Source: Nageia nagi (taxonomy: Eukaryota > Plantae > Pinophyta). From it: a DNA stretch of 64,000 nt. A program made the translations under genes and the position numbers. The stretch spans positions 21,390,001 through 21,454,000 of the forward strand of contig JBITNC010000002.1 in assembly GCA_050084985.1 (NCBI GenBank). Direction: 5' to 3'. Position 1 is the stretch's first letter, and each line of letters starts with the position of its first letter. Shown one piece after another: positions 50,401 to 62,374 of the stretch. Under the pieces are notes generated by a model. It saw only the letters and a program-made list of their open reading frames with translations, was not told where the DNA came from and did no database searches.

Positions 50401-53400
50401 ATACCTATGAGTAATATGAAATATCTCAAATAATATTTACAATAGTATTAAGTGCAAAAATAAGATTTTTACATGCATAACCAGGTCTGCAATTTTATCT
50501 CAGAAATCAGCATTCAATCCACAGAAATGAAAGCAATAAATGGCATGATATAACAACTCAAATTGACCATGCAATATACCAAGATGTCCGAACCATACAA
50601 GCAATATTACCCAAACTAGAGCGCAAAGTTCTAGGCCATCCAAGATGCTCCAAGACTGTCAAATATGCAAAATAAGGTCTAGTAGGCTGAGTGAACTCCT
50701 TTAGGAGGGTTACCAAGCCTTCTAAAAGCAAAATAGAAGTCCTCCAAGATGGCGCAAGTCTTTCCAAGCTGATGAAGTCTGAAATGGTGAAGTAAGATGT
50801 CTTCAAAGTCTTCCAAGATGCTCCAATGTGAATCTTTAAGGCTTTAGGCACATCCCTAGACCTTAAGAGGATGAGAAGGGCACATTCCAAACTCCAATGA
50901 TTGAATGATCCAAATCTGATTGATGCCTTTTAAGTGAGCGTTCAACTTGCCTATATAGATGATCAAACAAGCAAAAATACCCTCCCCAAGCTGGCTGACC
51001 CAAAAAGGGAATTTACAAGTTTGACTTGGCCCATTCAATTTGCTAATTACATGCAAGATAATCCCCCTCATGAAGGGCTCCATTTTGGGAGTACAAATTC
51101 ACCAAATATACATCTAAATGGCATATGACAATGTCAAAAATATCAAGATAACTAAGATAACTCCTAATTAGTCTAAGTGCTAAAAAAACAAAATGAAGAA
51201 GAACTAAATGCTGATAAATCAAAGTGAAGAGGAGTGTCCCACTCCAAGAAGCAAGAATGGATGAGATGCCAAAATTGGGGAAATTACATAATATTTGAGA
51301 AAGCCATTGAAGGAGGCCAAAAACTGTACATTTCTTCACCGTTAAATAGAAGGGAGCTTTTTGGTACTGAAGATTTCTCACATTGCGTTTCTACAAGGTA
51401 AATAATTGTCTTCCTCTTGTGGCGATGTTTCTTTGTTCACATTTTACATTTGGAATTGGCATTGTTATTGCTTAAAATCTCAAGGTTAAACTCACATTAC
51501 TAGTTCTTTCAAAATTGACGTAATAAGCATTTCATTGTAAATCCATATGTGATGAACCAAAAATGCCATAGGCAACTAAGTTTTATGAACCATTGTTATA
51601 ACAAACAGCTAAAAATACTATGTATCCTAAGTTCTAACACCCACTAAACTTAGAGTTTGTTGAGATGCAACTCAACTTATTACAATATTGAATCAAACTA
51701 AAATATTTCTAACAATTTATAGGCCCTTTCTTTAACCTTAATCTTGTTGCTCGTCCTTGTCTTTGTAAGGTATACGCTTGAAGATGGATTGAGGAAGTCC
51801 AAACTATTCTTTTACAGTGCATTATTCAATCCAAAAGAGAAGTTCTACAATGTATCGTTTTGGGCTGAATATTTCACTCATCCCTTCATCTTGAATTCAT
51901 TTTCACACTCACTTTTCATCTCCAAAGACTGACATCCATAAGAGATTTTGCCTTCCTTAGAAAGAGAGATCCATATCTGGTCCTTTGCCCATCAAATTTT
52001 GTTGCTTCTTGGAGAACAGGTGGGCAGAAATGTGGTTGATATTCAAAGGAATGTGGCCTCCTTTAATCAATTGGGATTTCTTTAAAGCAGTTCCCTCTTT
52101 TCAATTACATCCTTAATGCAACCCCAAAGATCTCCTTTTGCCAACTTTATGTCTGCTAGCAAATCTGTTAAAAATATTATAGTCTTGTGTAATTATTAGA
52201 TATGGTATTTTTAGGGTGTTAGATTAAATAGCAAATGTTGAAAGAAGTCCGCCTGAGTGGTGAAGTTTTATTGCAACCTACCAAAAGTTTATAGAGAAGG
52301 TTGAAAGAAGACTGTCAAAAGCCTATTTGTAGAGATGGTTGGATGTATTGGTCCCTGACCATTGTTTGATGGTAAATATAGTGACACATCAGAATAGTTT
52401 GTTGTGATCTCATGCTATTGTATGGTCGTAATGATAGAATAAATTGTTGTGATTTATATGTTGCTAGATGGTCATGTCATTGTTATGGAAGTTACTTTTA
52501 AGGAAAGGGATGTTTCCAAAACTTCCCTTGTTGTTGGTTGGATGTGATGGTAGATGCCCAATCAGGACCACACAACATGATGGTAGATACCCAGTCAAAA
52601 CCATGAGAAAGAGTGGAAGAGTGGTAGATAAACAGCTGAGACAGTTTGTCCATAGCTAAAGAAATATAATGCAGTAATAACCCATAATAGTAAAAAGAAT
52701 GACATCATGTGTTCTATAAAGAAACTTCTTAATTATCATAAAAAAAAAAAAAAAAAAAAAGCCAATATCAGTTCCAAAATCAGAAAATGTCTAGTTTGAA
52801 ACTAATGAAAACATTTCTAGTTGCATATGATGGGGAGAAGTAAATCTGAATTTAACTAAATATGAACATAATATTGAAATAAGAAGGTAGTGTTACCATA
52901 ATATTATCACAAAGTGTAGTGTAATTTATATTTTCTTATTTGTGTCTTGTCTACTTTGCATCTGCTATTGTCCTAAATATTAACTCGAAATAAGTTAAAA
53001 AGATCACTCACTCTATAATTCGCAAGATTTTCAGTCATCTGTTCAAACGCCTTTGCATTCTGTTCCAGCAGATGCCTCGTCGCACTATCAATTTCTGATG
53101 TCAAGTCAATTATCGGACAAATAAAATCAATATCAAGGGACGAAATAGATATTTATAAATTTGTCAAACAAGATATGCAAGGAAATATATAGTTTAATGC
53201 AACTGCTTCACATAATACATGGAATATATATAAGACATGATGCAAGATCCATTCCTCTTTGAACCATCTAATCTTCTTAAAAGATTTCCATTTATTCATC
53301 AAATGCTTGTAAGATAATATAATCTGTTAGAACAAAAAGTCGATGTCTACAGAGAGAAAACAGCTCATTTCTTACAAAAATATCAAAAACACTCATCAAA

Positions 53401-56400
53401 GCCGATTGACAGTATTCTGAAAGAATGACTTAAAAGAGATATAATAATCTATAAAGATTGGTATATGCAAAGAAAAAACATGCATAGAAACAATAAACAT
53501 TGGTAACACCTGCACACTGAAATGTTGGGATGCTCTTGCATTTCCTGCTCCATAGGTGGGAGAGATCACTTTTCCAATAGATGTGATAAAGATATTTATT
53601 TGTATTGAAAATCGAAAAGACACCAATTGCATAGAAGAATACTCTTATTTATACCAACACGTTGCTTGGTCCAAAAGCTACATATGATATCTAGGAACAT
53701 TAAACCTAATATTCTCTCATTATGATCATGCCACCTCATTTCTAACTGCATACGACTAAACAAATCTCAACCCTTAGTGTCCCACGTTGCCATTGCATGT
53801 TTGCTAGTTGATTCTTTGTGTTGCATTTCATTTTGAAGGTCTTGCAAACCATTTAATGGTACTAGCAAAGTTGTTCCAGCTTAGCAATTTTTTCACCTCA
53901 ACTATGAACTTGGCATTGGAAGTCAACTATGAGTTTCTCTTTGGCTAATAATTATTTTTTAAATGCTTGGAATTGTTTGAAGCAGTTGAATGCCAAAGTT
54001 TCCAAGTCTTGGTTTTTGCTGACCACTTATACTAAACCGTTAGGGTCCCTATGTATCAACAAGGCCTCTATGGAGCAACAACAAAAAATTAAAACCAAAT
54101 TGGATTTGGATCATGCAAATAGGGCCTTGTGAGGGGTGAAGGTTATGTGATATGAGAAAATGTAAGTGTTGGTGTCAGATGCATGGATGTGCAAGTGGTA
54201 GGTGAAGTGCAAGTGTTGAGTGCAATGCATGTGCGGGTGCAAGGTTTGTGTAGGTGCAGGTGCAGGCAAGTGCTAATGCATGTACAAGCAAGCGTGAGTG
54301 CATGTGTCAATGCAGGTGCAGGGTGCACATTGTTGCAAGCATAGGGTGCATGTTGACGTGAGCGTGCATGAGAGAAACACCAAAGACACACAAACCAAAC
54401 AATTGATATTTCATTATGCACTTGCAATATTTTGCATTATGTCATTACTCCCATTGTAGTGATTGTTAATTTGTCATTCTAAGGAAATATGTATATCTTG
54501 AATTCCATTCAAATAAACGAGGAGAGTAAAGATTTAAACTAACAACTAGGCTGGCATATCATCGTTGAGTTTTAGTCTTTTTTATGCATCATCCAATGTT
54601 AGGAAAATAACCACTAGCTCATTATTACATTTATACTGTTTCAACTTTTAATTAATAATTTCTTTGATTACATCTGATCCCACATATTTATACCAAATAT
54701 AGTAGAAATATTATAAAACTAAGTGTGTAAAATAGAAATAATTCTTCAACAGGGAATGAGTAATGATTTCAGTTCAGATATAATGGCAACATGCATTATT
54801 TCTTACTTAAAAAAGCATTAGAAACCTGTGTAAGCTACCATATCATTTATACCTCGCACAAATCATGTAGATAATATTGTAACTTATAAAGAGTTATGTA
54901 GAGGTGAAATTTTTATGAAACATGACCTGTTCGGAAGAGATAATGCGTTGGCTTCACTATATAAAATTATGGTACAGGGAATAATTTCAAGTCAAATGGT
55001 ATCAAAGACATCTCTTAAATAGGTTTCTAATGAATACAAATGTGCTTTGCTCCACGTTTTTGGAAATGGTAGAAATCAATAATCTTCAAAACCATGATTT
55101 AAAAAGATGGGAAATAGTCTGAAGTCAAAGCCATAGTACAAAAAAGTTACAAACGTTTGTTATCTTTGAATTAATATGAAAAGTCAAGAGTGCATATGTG
55201 CAAAGTATTGTTCACAATCTATATCCACAATCTTGCAAAGCAATTTTGAAACTATTCTTCTCATTAAAAATAATCTGTTTTACGTAAACTACAATGAAAT
55301 ATTGTCAAACTAAGAAAACACTAACTTTCATATAGGGGTAATCCTTCATTGTCCATGGAAAACATTGATGAAGAATATGGGACCATATTCATTTGTTGAC
55401 CTAGCTGACTGGATTGCTTTGACGACGCATCCACAAATCTATCCTGAACAGTCATACAATAAGTAGCATCTGTCAACACCATTAGTTCACACTGAAATTT
55501 ACTGTAAATGGTCCTTAATATAATACTTTCAGAAAAAATGAATACTAAACACTGAAAAACATTATTTGCTTGTAGACTGAATGCAGAAATAAGGAACACA
55601 AATATTATAATGTAGATTCATGTATCAAAATATATCACCAACAGAAACGAATGACATTATATACAATTTGCCAGCAACAAACATACATCTAGAGCACACA
55701 AGCTTCTTTGCACTCCAATGCTTTCTTCAGAGACCAATAACTTGGAGCACTGTGTAAATGGTGACCAGATTCAAGGAATCTGATGTCCCAAGGTTTATTC
55801 TAGACCTAGAAACATCTGCAATCAACTAGTCAATATTTCATAGGTCTCAATCAACTTGCAGATACTAAATGGCATGACACTCGTATATGATGAAAATAAT
55901 GGGTCTCTATCAACGTTTTGGAAGAGTGCTATAAAAGTTCAAAAGATATGTGATCCAATAGTTCAGATGCTCAAAGAAGTTGATAATGATAAACCAACTA
56001 TGGGGTATGGACCATTGCAAAGAATTCATTGCAAGTGCCTTATAATGTTAAAGATGACTACAAACATATATGGTAAATGGTAGACTAAAGATGGAAAATG
56101 ATGACAAATGATTTGTATCGTATTAGATGTTATTTGGATCCTTAACTATTTGGGTCAAAAAGAAACAATGACAAGGAAGTGATGAATGGTCTTTATGCAA
56201 CCATTGAAAGGTTGTATCCACATCGATATGTTGCAAGAGCACTTAGAGGAAAACTCAAGGCAATTCGGAGATGAAGAAGGTATATTGGGCACTTTTACAA
56301 CAAAAGAAGATAGAGAAGGTACAAAACTAGGAGTATGGTGGGAATACTATGGTGTGAAAACACTCGAGTTTTGCATTCCGAAGTTTGAGCCAATGTTCAA

Positions 56401-58980
56401 ATGCATCAGTGCAAAAGAAATTGAAGCATCTTTGACCATATTCATACTAAGAGGAGGTATAACTTGTTATCTAGACAGTTCGGTGATCTTGTCTATATTT
56501 GCAACAAATTGAGATTATTAACAAGCAATGTGGTTAAAGAATCAGAAAAATCTTCTTCATCATCATTTGAGCATGGTCCATACATCTTAGAAGATAAACA
56601 TGAGGACATGGAGCTTGGTTATGAGAGCAATGCGCATGAATCAATCAGCCCTGCTTGTGCTCTTGATGAAATGGAGTTTGATGATGTAACAAGTGGATAT
56701 CAGGGAGAACAACAAGAATGAATTCTTGTGTTCTCATCTTTGTTTTGGTTTTCTTAAATGGAATTACTAGTGTTTGTTTGGAGCCTCTATTTTAGTTTCT
56801 TTGTTACTAAGCGATTTACATAAATGATATATAATATAAGTATATTTTTAACATATCAAATTTTATGACGAATTTTATTCCGAATTTTTCAACATGTCAA
56901 ATTTAATTCTAATTTCAAGAATGCCAAACTCGAATTCGGACTTAAACTCGACATGGAAACATAGACATATCATTATCAAAAACTCAAGCAATGGTAGCAT
57001 CAAAGGAGATAGTGAAATGAAAGGACACATGAATGAAATCAATTACTCAAGACTGCAATGTTAAGAAATTCAAAAGTAAAGATGAACACCAAACATATGT
57101 GGGCCATAGCCCTAAAATGCTTGATAAAATGATAATAATATATTAAAGTATTGAATCACTCTCATAATTAGAAGTCAACCATAATAAAACATTACAAATT
57201 TATAAATCGTTCACAAAGATATGTCACTTTATCATTCAATAAATAAATGGCATTGATATTAATGTGTTAGGTATCTAAGGTAACACTAAGTTACTATAAG
57301 TAACATAGCAACCCAACAAAAAGACATATGGTTCCCCCAACGCTCGAGATATGAAGACAAAACAAAATAATTATTAATTATTATGGGGTATTTCCTACAA
57401 GGTTCCTTTCTTGTGATTTGTCACTCTCTAAAGGTGTACAACGTCCAACACCTTTAGTCAAGGTAATGAACGAAGACAAAAATTAACCTTCACAAGTCAA
57501 AATAATTTGAGATACCACATCGAAAAAATAAAATATCCTACTTCCACCTTCTAAAGGCAAAAGATCATATTATTTATAGGTATATGATGCCTTATACCGC
57601 TCATAATTGTTGGTCACAAACTCTAAGTTGGCCAAGGGGAATATGAAGGCCAAGAATTCAGTGTCACTCATTAATCAAAATGAGTGATGATGCCATCTTT
57701 GATATGTGAGAAATGTTGGATACAGGATACCAATTGGATGGAGGTGGTGAGATCAATGTAGCTTGGGTGTATTGTCAATAGATATCATCTTTTGCTTCAT
57801 TTAATTGGCTAAGAGTTGAGGAGGAACCTCAGAAGCCTTCAAAGCATGCGCAAGCGTGGGCTTCTTAAAAAAAACAAAACCTGTTTTTAAAATTTACCAC
57901 CACCCTTTTAAATTTATTAAACCCCTCATGGTAAACCCCAATATAGTAAATAATAACCTTTTCAGAAAACTTACCATTTGCATGAATTTTAAATACCCCA
58001 ATATAATCTTTTGCATGAATTTTAAATATCTGCTATGTGGTATTTACCATTTCCTAACAATGAATCCCCTTGGGGAGGAGCATTCAATGGTATTTGGAAG
58101 GGGTAGCCCAATCTATAGAAATGCCAATGGATAGAAAAAGGAAGCTAATACAAACTTTGATGCCATCAATATAAACTCTAAAGTCAACCCACTATGATGA
58201 GCAAATGTCAAGGATATCTCTTTCTACCCAACATAGTAGTTTGACATCAATAAAACATAATGAGCTGGCTTATAAGTTTTTTGACATCAAACTCTTGCAA
58301 TCAAATCAGCAGGTCATTCATCTTCTTTCCAAAGATCCTTCCTACCATGTATAAAAATGCCTAAATGCTACCAAACTAGAATTTAAATCCAGATAAGATT
58401 TCTGAATGAAAAAACAAAAACCAAAACAACCAAGCATGTTAACTCTACCTGGTGGAAGCAACACATCATGATGTTTGGTGAGATGTTATTTAAGTAGAAC
58501 ACCAAGCACAGATGAGAAAAGCTACTAAGGAACCAACATCCAACACATGCTCATCCCATAAGATGCAAGTCAGACGGGTCAATTAACAAAAATAAGAAAC
58601 ATGGCCTTATATGCACAAATCTGATTCATTGTGATTCAAGGGTTATTCACAACCAGATGTGATGAAGAAACATTCAAACTTCTACAGCCAAGAAAAAAAT
58701 CAAAATGTTTACAAACTATATCAGATGGATGTGCAAGGGACATTCTTGTTTGGCAACTTGAAAAGAATGTTTATTAAGGCTTTGTATCGGATGAAACAGA
58801 CAGACACTCAGTACTTGGTACAAGAAAATGGACAACATTATATCCATCCAATTAATTTCATGCATCATGAGTCTGATGATAATATGTGAAAAGGTAAAAG
58901 GTTTTGTTTCAGATGAGAATGGTGCAATGATAATGTTGTTATCATCGTCCTATAAGCAATCAATTATTGCCCCCCTCTCT

Positions 58981-59020
<40 letters not shown>

Positions 59021-62000
59021 AAATTGTCAATGGGGTTTTGGTTGAATAGTTGAAATGGACTTGAATTATTTTTGTGCCCTAGGTTCTATTTTCTATAGTA
59101 TGATTGAAAATCATAGTTTTGACAACCTAAGTTAGCAGTAAGTGCTAAAGCAAACTAAACCTCTCAAACCTATTATAAGAAGTGAGGCTTAGATAAACGA
59201 AAGTAAGAATAATAAACTATGAGGATGATGACAGAACAATGATGCATGATAAATCAAAAAATGAGGAATATGAGAAAAAGAAAAGATACAAACATCAAAA
59301 ATTAATACACCTCAAGGACTTTGCACAATAATATCGTATATATTCCAATAGTTTATTTGGATTATTAGCTTAAATATCATCTCACTATTACGGGATTCAT
59401 AATTATATAAAAATATTCTTTTATTGGTTATTCATTTATTTCACACCCATAAAGACCACATGGTATACCATCACTTGTTGAATAAGTAGTATATTATCCT
59501 CCTCTTTCACAAAATCAACTTATCATACAAAAAAAGACTAAAATAGACCGTATGAATGCTTGTCTCTACCACTACTTCCAACCAACTATAGGTATTGTTA
59601 AATCATTCATCTAGGTCAATATGTAAATTTAATTCAGCAACTTCAACTTATGGGGCGCTTCTTTTCACATTAAACCATCCCCTCAATAGTTTTATGACTC
59701 TTTTTTTTATCTTATATTATATCTGTTATATTCTCCTACATGATTACACCTAATTAAACATATTATTATCTTCTTTCGATACTCTTTCTCTTTGAGTATT
59801 ATGAAACATTTTACTTTACCGTTGTTCATCTTATTCTGTATATAATTAGACCATGCTATGATATATATAAATACAAGTATATATATAAATACAAGTTATA
59901 TGAGTTTAACTTCTATATATACTGCAATGATTCGTACTTTGATTATTTATTTTTGTTGTGTTATCCTGTATTTCATGGAGAAAAACAAATACAAGATAAA
60001 ATATTGGAAAAATATGCATAAATCCAACAAATATTACCATGAAAAGAAAATCCAAATTCATACATCCACACAACAAATATTACAAAAATGCATAAAGGTA
60101 ATTAACTATAGTGTAAATCTGGATGTGGAAACTCCCAAGGGAGTCCAAGGTTCAAATCCCACCCCAACATGAAGTGATATATCCAAAAATATCATGGATT
60201 TGTGACATATCCAATCTATAAAAATGTTTTGAGTCCTTTTAAAACCCCTTTTTACCCTAATAAAAAAAAGTCTATGGTAAGCTAAATTTAATTACATTCA
60301 ATATTATTTTTAGGTAAAAATCTAGATAATTAGCAATGTAATAAATGATATTAAATAATACTAAATATATATTTAATGATATTAAATGATACATGATAAA
60401 GGAAATGGTATAAATATATATGCTTAATTGTAATGATAACGTCACATCCTTATCATTTCTCTCAAGAGTAAAATATGACCATTATCTTATAAAATCTTAT
60501 CATGATTTTATAAAATATAACTAGAATGTACAATTATTTTATAATAAACAAATAGCCTTGATTGCCTCTGAAAAGTTTGTTCACTCATTGAGTCTTCTTT
60601 CGTGACATGTGTCAAGGAAGATGAATGTAGTTGACTTTTTAAAGTTCATTGCAAGGAAGATGGAGATGAGATGTTGATATTTAGAAGGGTATCTAATGTT
60701 TGAACAATATGTGGTTAAACCCCTTGGTTGGATAAACTTGAATACAAAATAATCAATCATAAAATACAATACAATATCCAAACAAGTGATGACACTTCTA
60801 AGTTATGATACACAACTTTGACTATAATTAATTCTTTGACAATGTCCACGATATAATATGAAAGATTGAGCGTCTTCTTTTATATGTATATAAAAAAATT
60901 TATTTGAATTTTAAGTTTTTATTTATGCATGTGATAAATGTAAAGTTGATTTACTAAGTATGTAATTTATTGAGATAGATGCAAACTAACCTAAAATGCA
61001 TAAAATAGGTATTAGACCTTCGCTTGGTGGTCAACCACAACTTATGAAGAGGCAATGATCTATGTTCAAATCCCTTCAATCTCGTAGAAAAGGATGGTGT
61101 GTTGGGTCAGCATTGTCAGCTACATTAAAAAGTTTTTACCTAGCGCAATTGGCGATTATAGTTGTAGTAGGAGCAGGATTCAAATCCATGATGAGATGGA
61201 TAAGATTGTTGATCCTCAATAGCAGGGATAAGGAGAAAAATAACAATGAAAAGGGGTCGATTTGTTGGTTCAAATTCATGAGACAAGACTAAAACATATA
61301 CTTCTTATAGAGTGGAAAGGGAAAAGTTCAAAAACAAATACAGATTTTATTACGAGTTCAAAATCCCATATATATAGCCTAAAATTGTAAGGTTTTGGCA
61401 ACTGACCTGCTCCATGTTAAGCATAGAAAAAAAAGGAAAAGAACGAAGTAGAGTGTGAAAAATAACAAGAACAATATTTATATTGACAATGCCTGCCCAA
61501 GAACAAACAATAAGAATGGTAGAAGGGAAGAACAGTAACATTATGGTAGGCTGTGTTCATTTCCAGCCTCCTAGAAAAAAGAGATCAAATTCAATGGTTG
61601 AATATCAATAAGGATATAAAACATTCAGAATTTATATGGTCAAATGAACAACTTTACACATTAGTTAAGGTGGTAAGGTTAACATACAGCCTTGACATAT
61701 AAAAGAAACAACAAATTGTAAGGAACTGCTCTTTTTGCAAAAGCCTTATATATAACAAGCCCCACTATTTTTTACTAATATTTTGCCTTTATTTCATAAA
61801 AATTATTTGACTTGTTCATTAAGATCTTTAATGTATCTAGAGGTATTTGTTAAGATTTGATGCTAGTAAATCATTATTGGTGAGATGAAGCTGCAGTAAT
61901 TGCATAAAACGAGTGGGAAATGCCTTAGAAACAAGGGTTGCACACCTTTCACATTTAATAAATACATATTCCACTTTACAAATGTGCTTTGAATCTTACC

Positions 62001-62374
62001 ACGATCTCTGTCTAATACATGTTCATTGATTATTATAGCGTCCACTAACCCAACACCAGATAAACGTTAACCATAACCCTAGAGTAATCCAGCCATTATA
62101 CATATAATGCTTAGTTAGTTGCATATTTCTAGAAGAAAACAAAGTCAAATTTTATTTAATAACCTTCTTAGAAAACCAAGCATATTCTTTTAATTATGTA
62201 AAGTTATAATAGCTACTTTTAAAAATATGAAAACAAACATTAAACACTGTTAAATGGTAAACCCCATTCATAACAATAAGAAACTGAAGGTAGGATCACT
62301 TTCACCTTTCTCTCTTTAGGTTTCTTTGTTGTTATTTGCTCATCACCCTTCCTTCGTTTCCCATTTTCTTTCTT
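35419..62374 (-). CDS. DUF3755-family plant protein, 3' six exons (159 aa visible); 5' exons lie beyond the window
   Basis: Exons 62374-62306, 55443-55326, 53094-53012, 36286-36225, 35877-35781, 35469-35419, all GT-AG and phase-consistent. Product: KKENGKRRKGDEQITTKKPKERK / DRFVDASSKQ..GLPLYE / KIDSATRHLLEQNAKAFEQMTENLANYR / IRENISLFCLTRDNIVTILNE / MKDTPGILSQMPPLPVKINEDLADSILPMQHQ / TVGLDSSNLHLKQEIR*. ENI.LF..TRDNI..ILN and QMPPLPVK.NE.LA.SILP are DUF3755 hallmarks. Introns 6862, 2231, 16725, 347 and 311 bp. Confidence 0.92.
35657..35779. repeat. 60-bp tandem duplication abutting a splice donor
   Basis: Two near-identical copies of ..CTCCAGTCAAAATGAT(A/G)CAATGTACACAA(A/G)AATGGTTGGAAATGAGCTCAAA. 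Confidence 0.9.
37215..37385. repeat. 85-bp tandem duplication
   Basis: CCACGCATGTTA(C/T)AGCCTCAATCGTAG..GATGTACTAT starts at 37215 and 37300; about 2 mismatches. Confidence 0.92.
38833..38945. mobile_element. Possible tiny Tourist/Harbinger-like MITE
   Basis: Inverted ends CCTCTCCAATAGAGA / TCTCTATTGGGAGAAG. Confidence 0.35.
39975..40727. mobile_element. Non-autonomous hAT-type element (753 bp)
   Basis: 8-bp TSD GCATGGAT (39967-39974, 40728-40735); ends CAGTGAAGAAAAA / TTTTCCAACCTTG; clustered subterminal CCGAG/CCAAG motifs. Confidence 0.8.
41567..42509. repeat. Array of eight ~46-bp palindromic repeats
   Basis: Consensus GCGCATGCCTCAAAAAGACAA-aatc-TTGTCTTTTGGGAGCATGCGC starting at 41567, 41681, 41795, 41909 (114-bp period), 42054, 42197, 42258 and 42464. 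Confidence 0.9.
42665..42674 (+). promoter_or_regulatory. TATA box (CCTATAAATA) upstream of the element ORF
   Basis: Canonical plant TATA context ~230 bp before the ATG at 42897 and just after the repeat array. Confidence 0.6.
42897..45454 (+). pseudogene. Disrupted ~850-codon accessory ORF: Transposase_32/PMD-like N-domain, acidic linker, coiled-coil C-terminus
   Basis: Chained ORF fragments 43071-43322, 43294-43749, 43866-44048, 44165-44374, 44429-44731, 44655-45014 and 45021-45242. Motifs FLELCLEV..GNIIMDFNPEAIKTTF, IARGKKIKWSKVLNDTIATQL, FYLISYLVYLL, YSYIRIYG; E-rich segment; heptad-rich tail. Confidence 0.7.
47713..51592. mobile_element. 3.9-kb solo-LTR-like insertion with internal inverted duplications
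   Basis: TG...CA termini (TGATCCAAAA / TTTTATGAACCA); TSD TTGTT at 47708-47712 and 51593-51597; splits the host 5' LTR; no coding domains recognised. Confidence 0.78.
52738..52760 (+). repeat. Poly(A) tract
   Basis: About 21 consecutive A. Confidence 0.9.
54170..54370. repeat. Degenerate (GGTGCA)-like low-complexity repeat
   Basis: Recurrent GTGCA/TGCAGG/TGCATG units. Confidence 0.6.
55700..56964 (+). mobile_element. hAT transposon 3' remnant (transposase C-terminal/dimerisation region and right end)
   Basis: FWKSAIKVQKICDPIVQMLKEVDNDKPTMGY (55856-56083), GVWWEYYG (~56330), SIFDHIHTKRR..LLSRQFGDLVYICNKLRL (~56425-56520); subterminal ACTCGA repeats and end ..GGAAACATAG. Confidence 0.82.
57830..58062 (+). 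repeat. Dispersed repeat; inverted, interrupted copy at ~20550-20600 plus ~21170-21330
   Basis: AAAATTTACCACC..TTTAAATT..TGGTAAACCCC.ATATA.TAAATAATAA..AAAACTTACCATTT and TGGTATTTACCATTTCCTAA occur at both loci in opposite orientation. Confidence 0.7.
58560..58890 (+). mobile_element. Short copia RT fragment
   Basis: YKLYQMDVQGTFLFGNLK..KALYRMKQ in ORF 58659-58889. Confidence 0.65.
58984..59018. repeat. (TA)n microsatellite
   Basis: About 17 units, read directly. Confidence 0.95.
60100..60269 (+). mobile_element. Probable tRNA-derived SINE with LINE-like tail
   Basis: B box GGTTCAAATCC (60149-60159); tail GAGTCCTTTTAAAACCCCTTTTTACCCTAATAAAAAAAA; no clear TSD. Confidence 0.55.

Larger units (their letters stand above)
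39304..51714 (-). mobile_element. Non-autonomous short-LTR retrotransposon (TRIM/copia-like, ~200-bp LTRs) hosting three later insertions
   Basis: TSD ATTTA at 39299-39303 and 51715-51719. 3' LTR 39304-39500 with PPT (minus TAAGGGGGAG, 39501-39510). Perfect iMet PBS (plus GCTCTGATACCA, 47600-47611). 5' LTR split into 47612-47712 and 51598-51714. About 2 kb of own internal sequence with no recognisable gag/pol. Confidence 0.88.
38990..52200 (+). mobile_element. RTE-like LINE remnant split by the 12.4-kb nested insertion (parts ~38990-39303 and 51715-~52200)
   Basis: ISALLFTDDVVLLAHSIEGL**QLD..FCEIHHIRVNLGKSIVM (39060-39197, YADD region); reads through the TSD as HLDIQF|IGPFFNL when the insertion is removed. 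Confidence 0.7.

Noticed and set aside
46601-51381. Many 60-120 aa ORFs as genes
   Set aside because: They lie in non-coding LTR or internal sequence; the duplicated QKAPFY..GLLQWLSQ peptide reflects a DNA inverted repeat.
54143-54427. His/Cys/Thr-rich 94-aa ORF as a metal-binding protein
   Set aside because: It is a translation of the TGCA low-complexity repeat.
61010-61185. tRNA genes or SINEs from B-box-like motifs (also ~18980 and ~23340)
   Set aside because: Only isolated degenerate boxes; no cloverleaf, tail or TSD.
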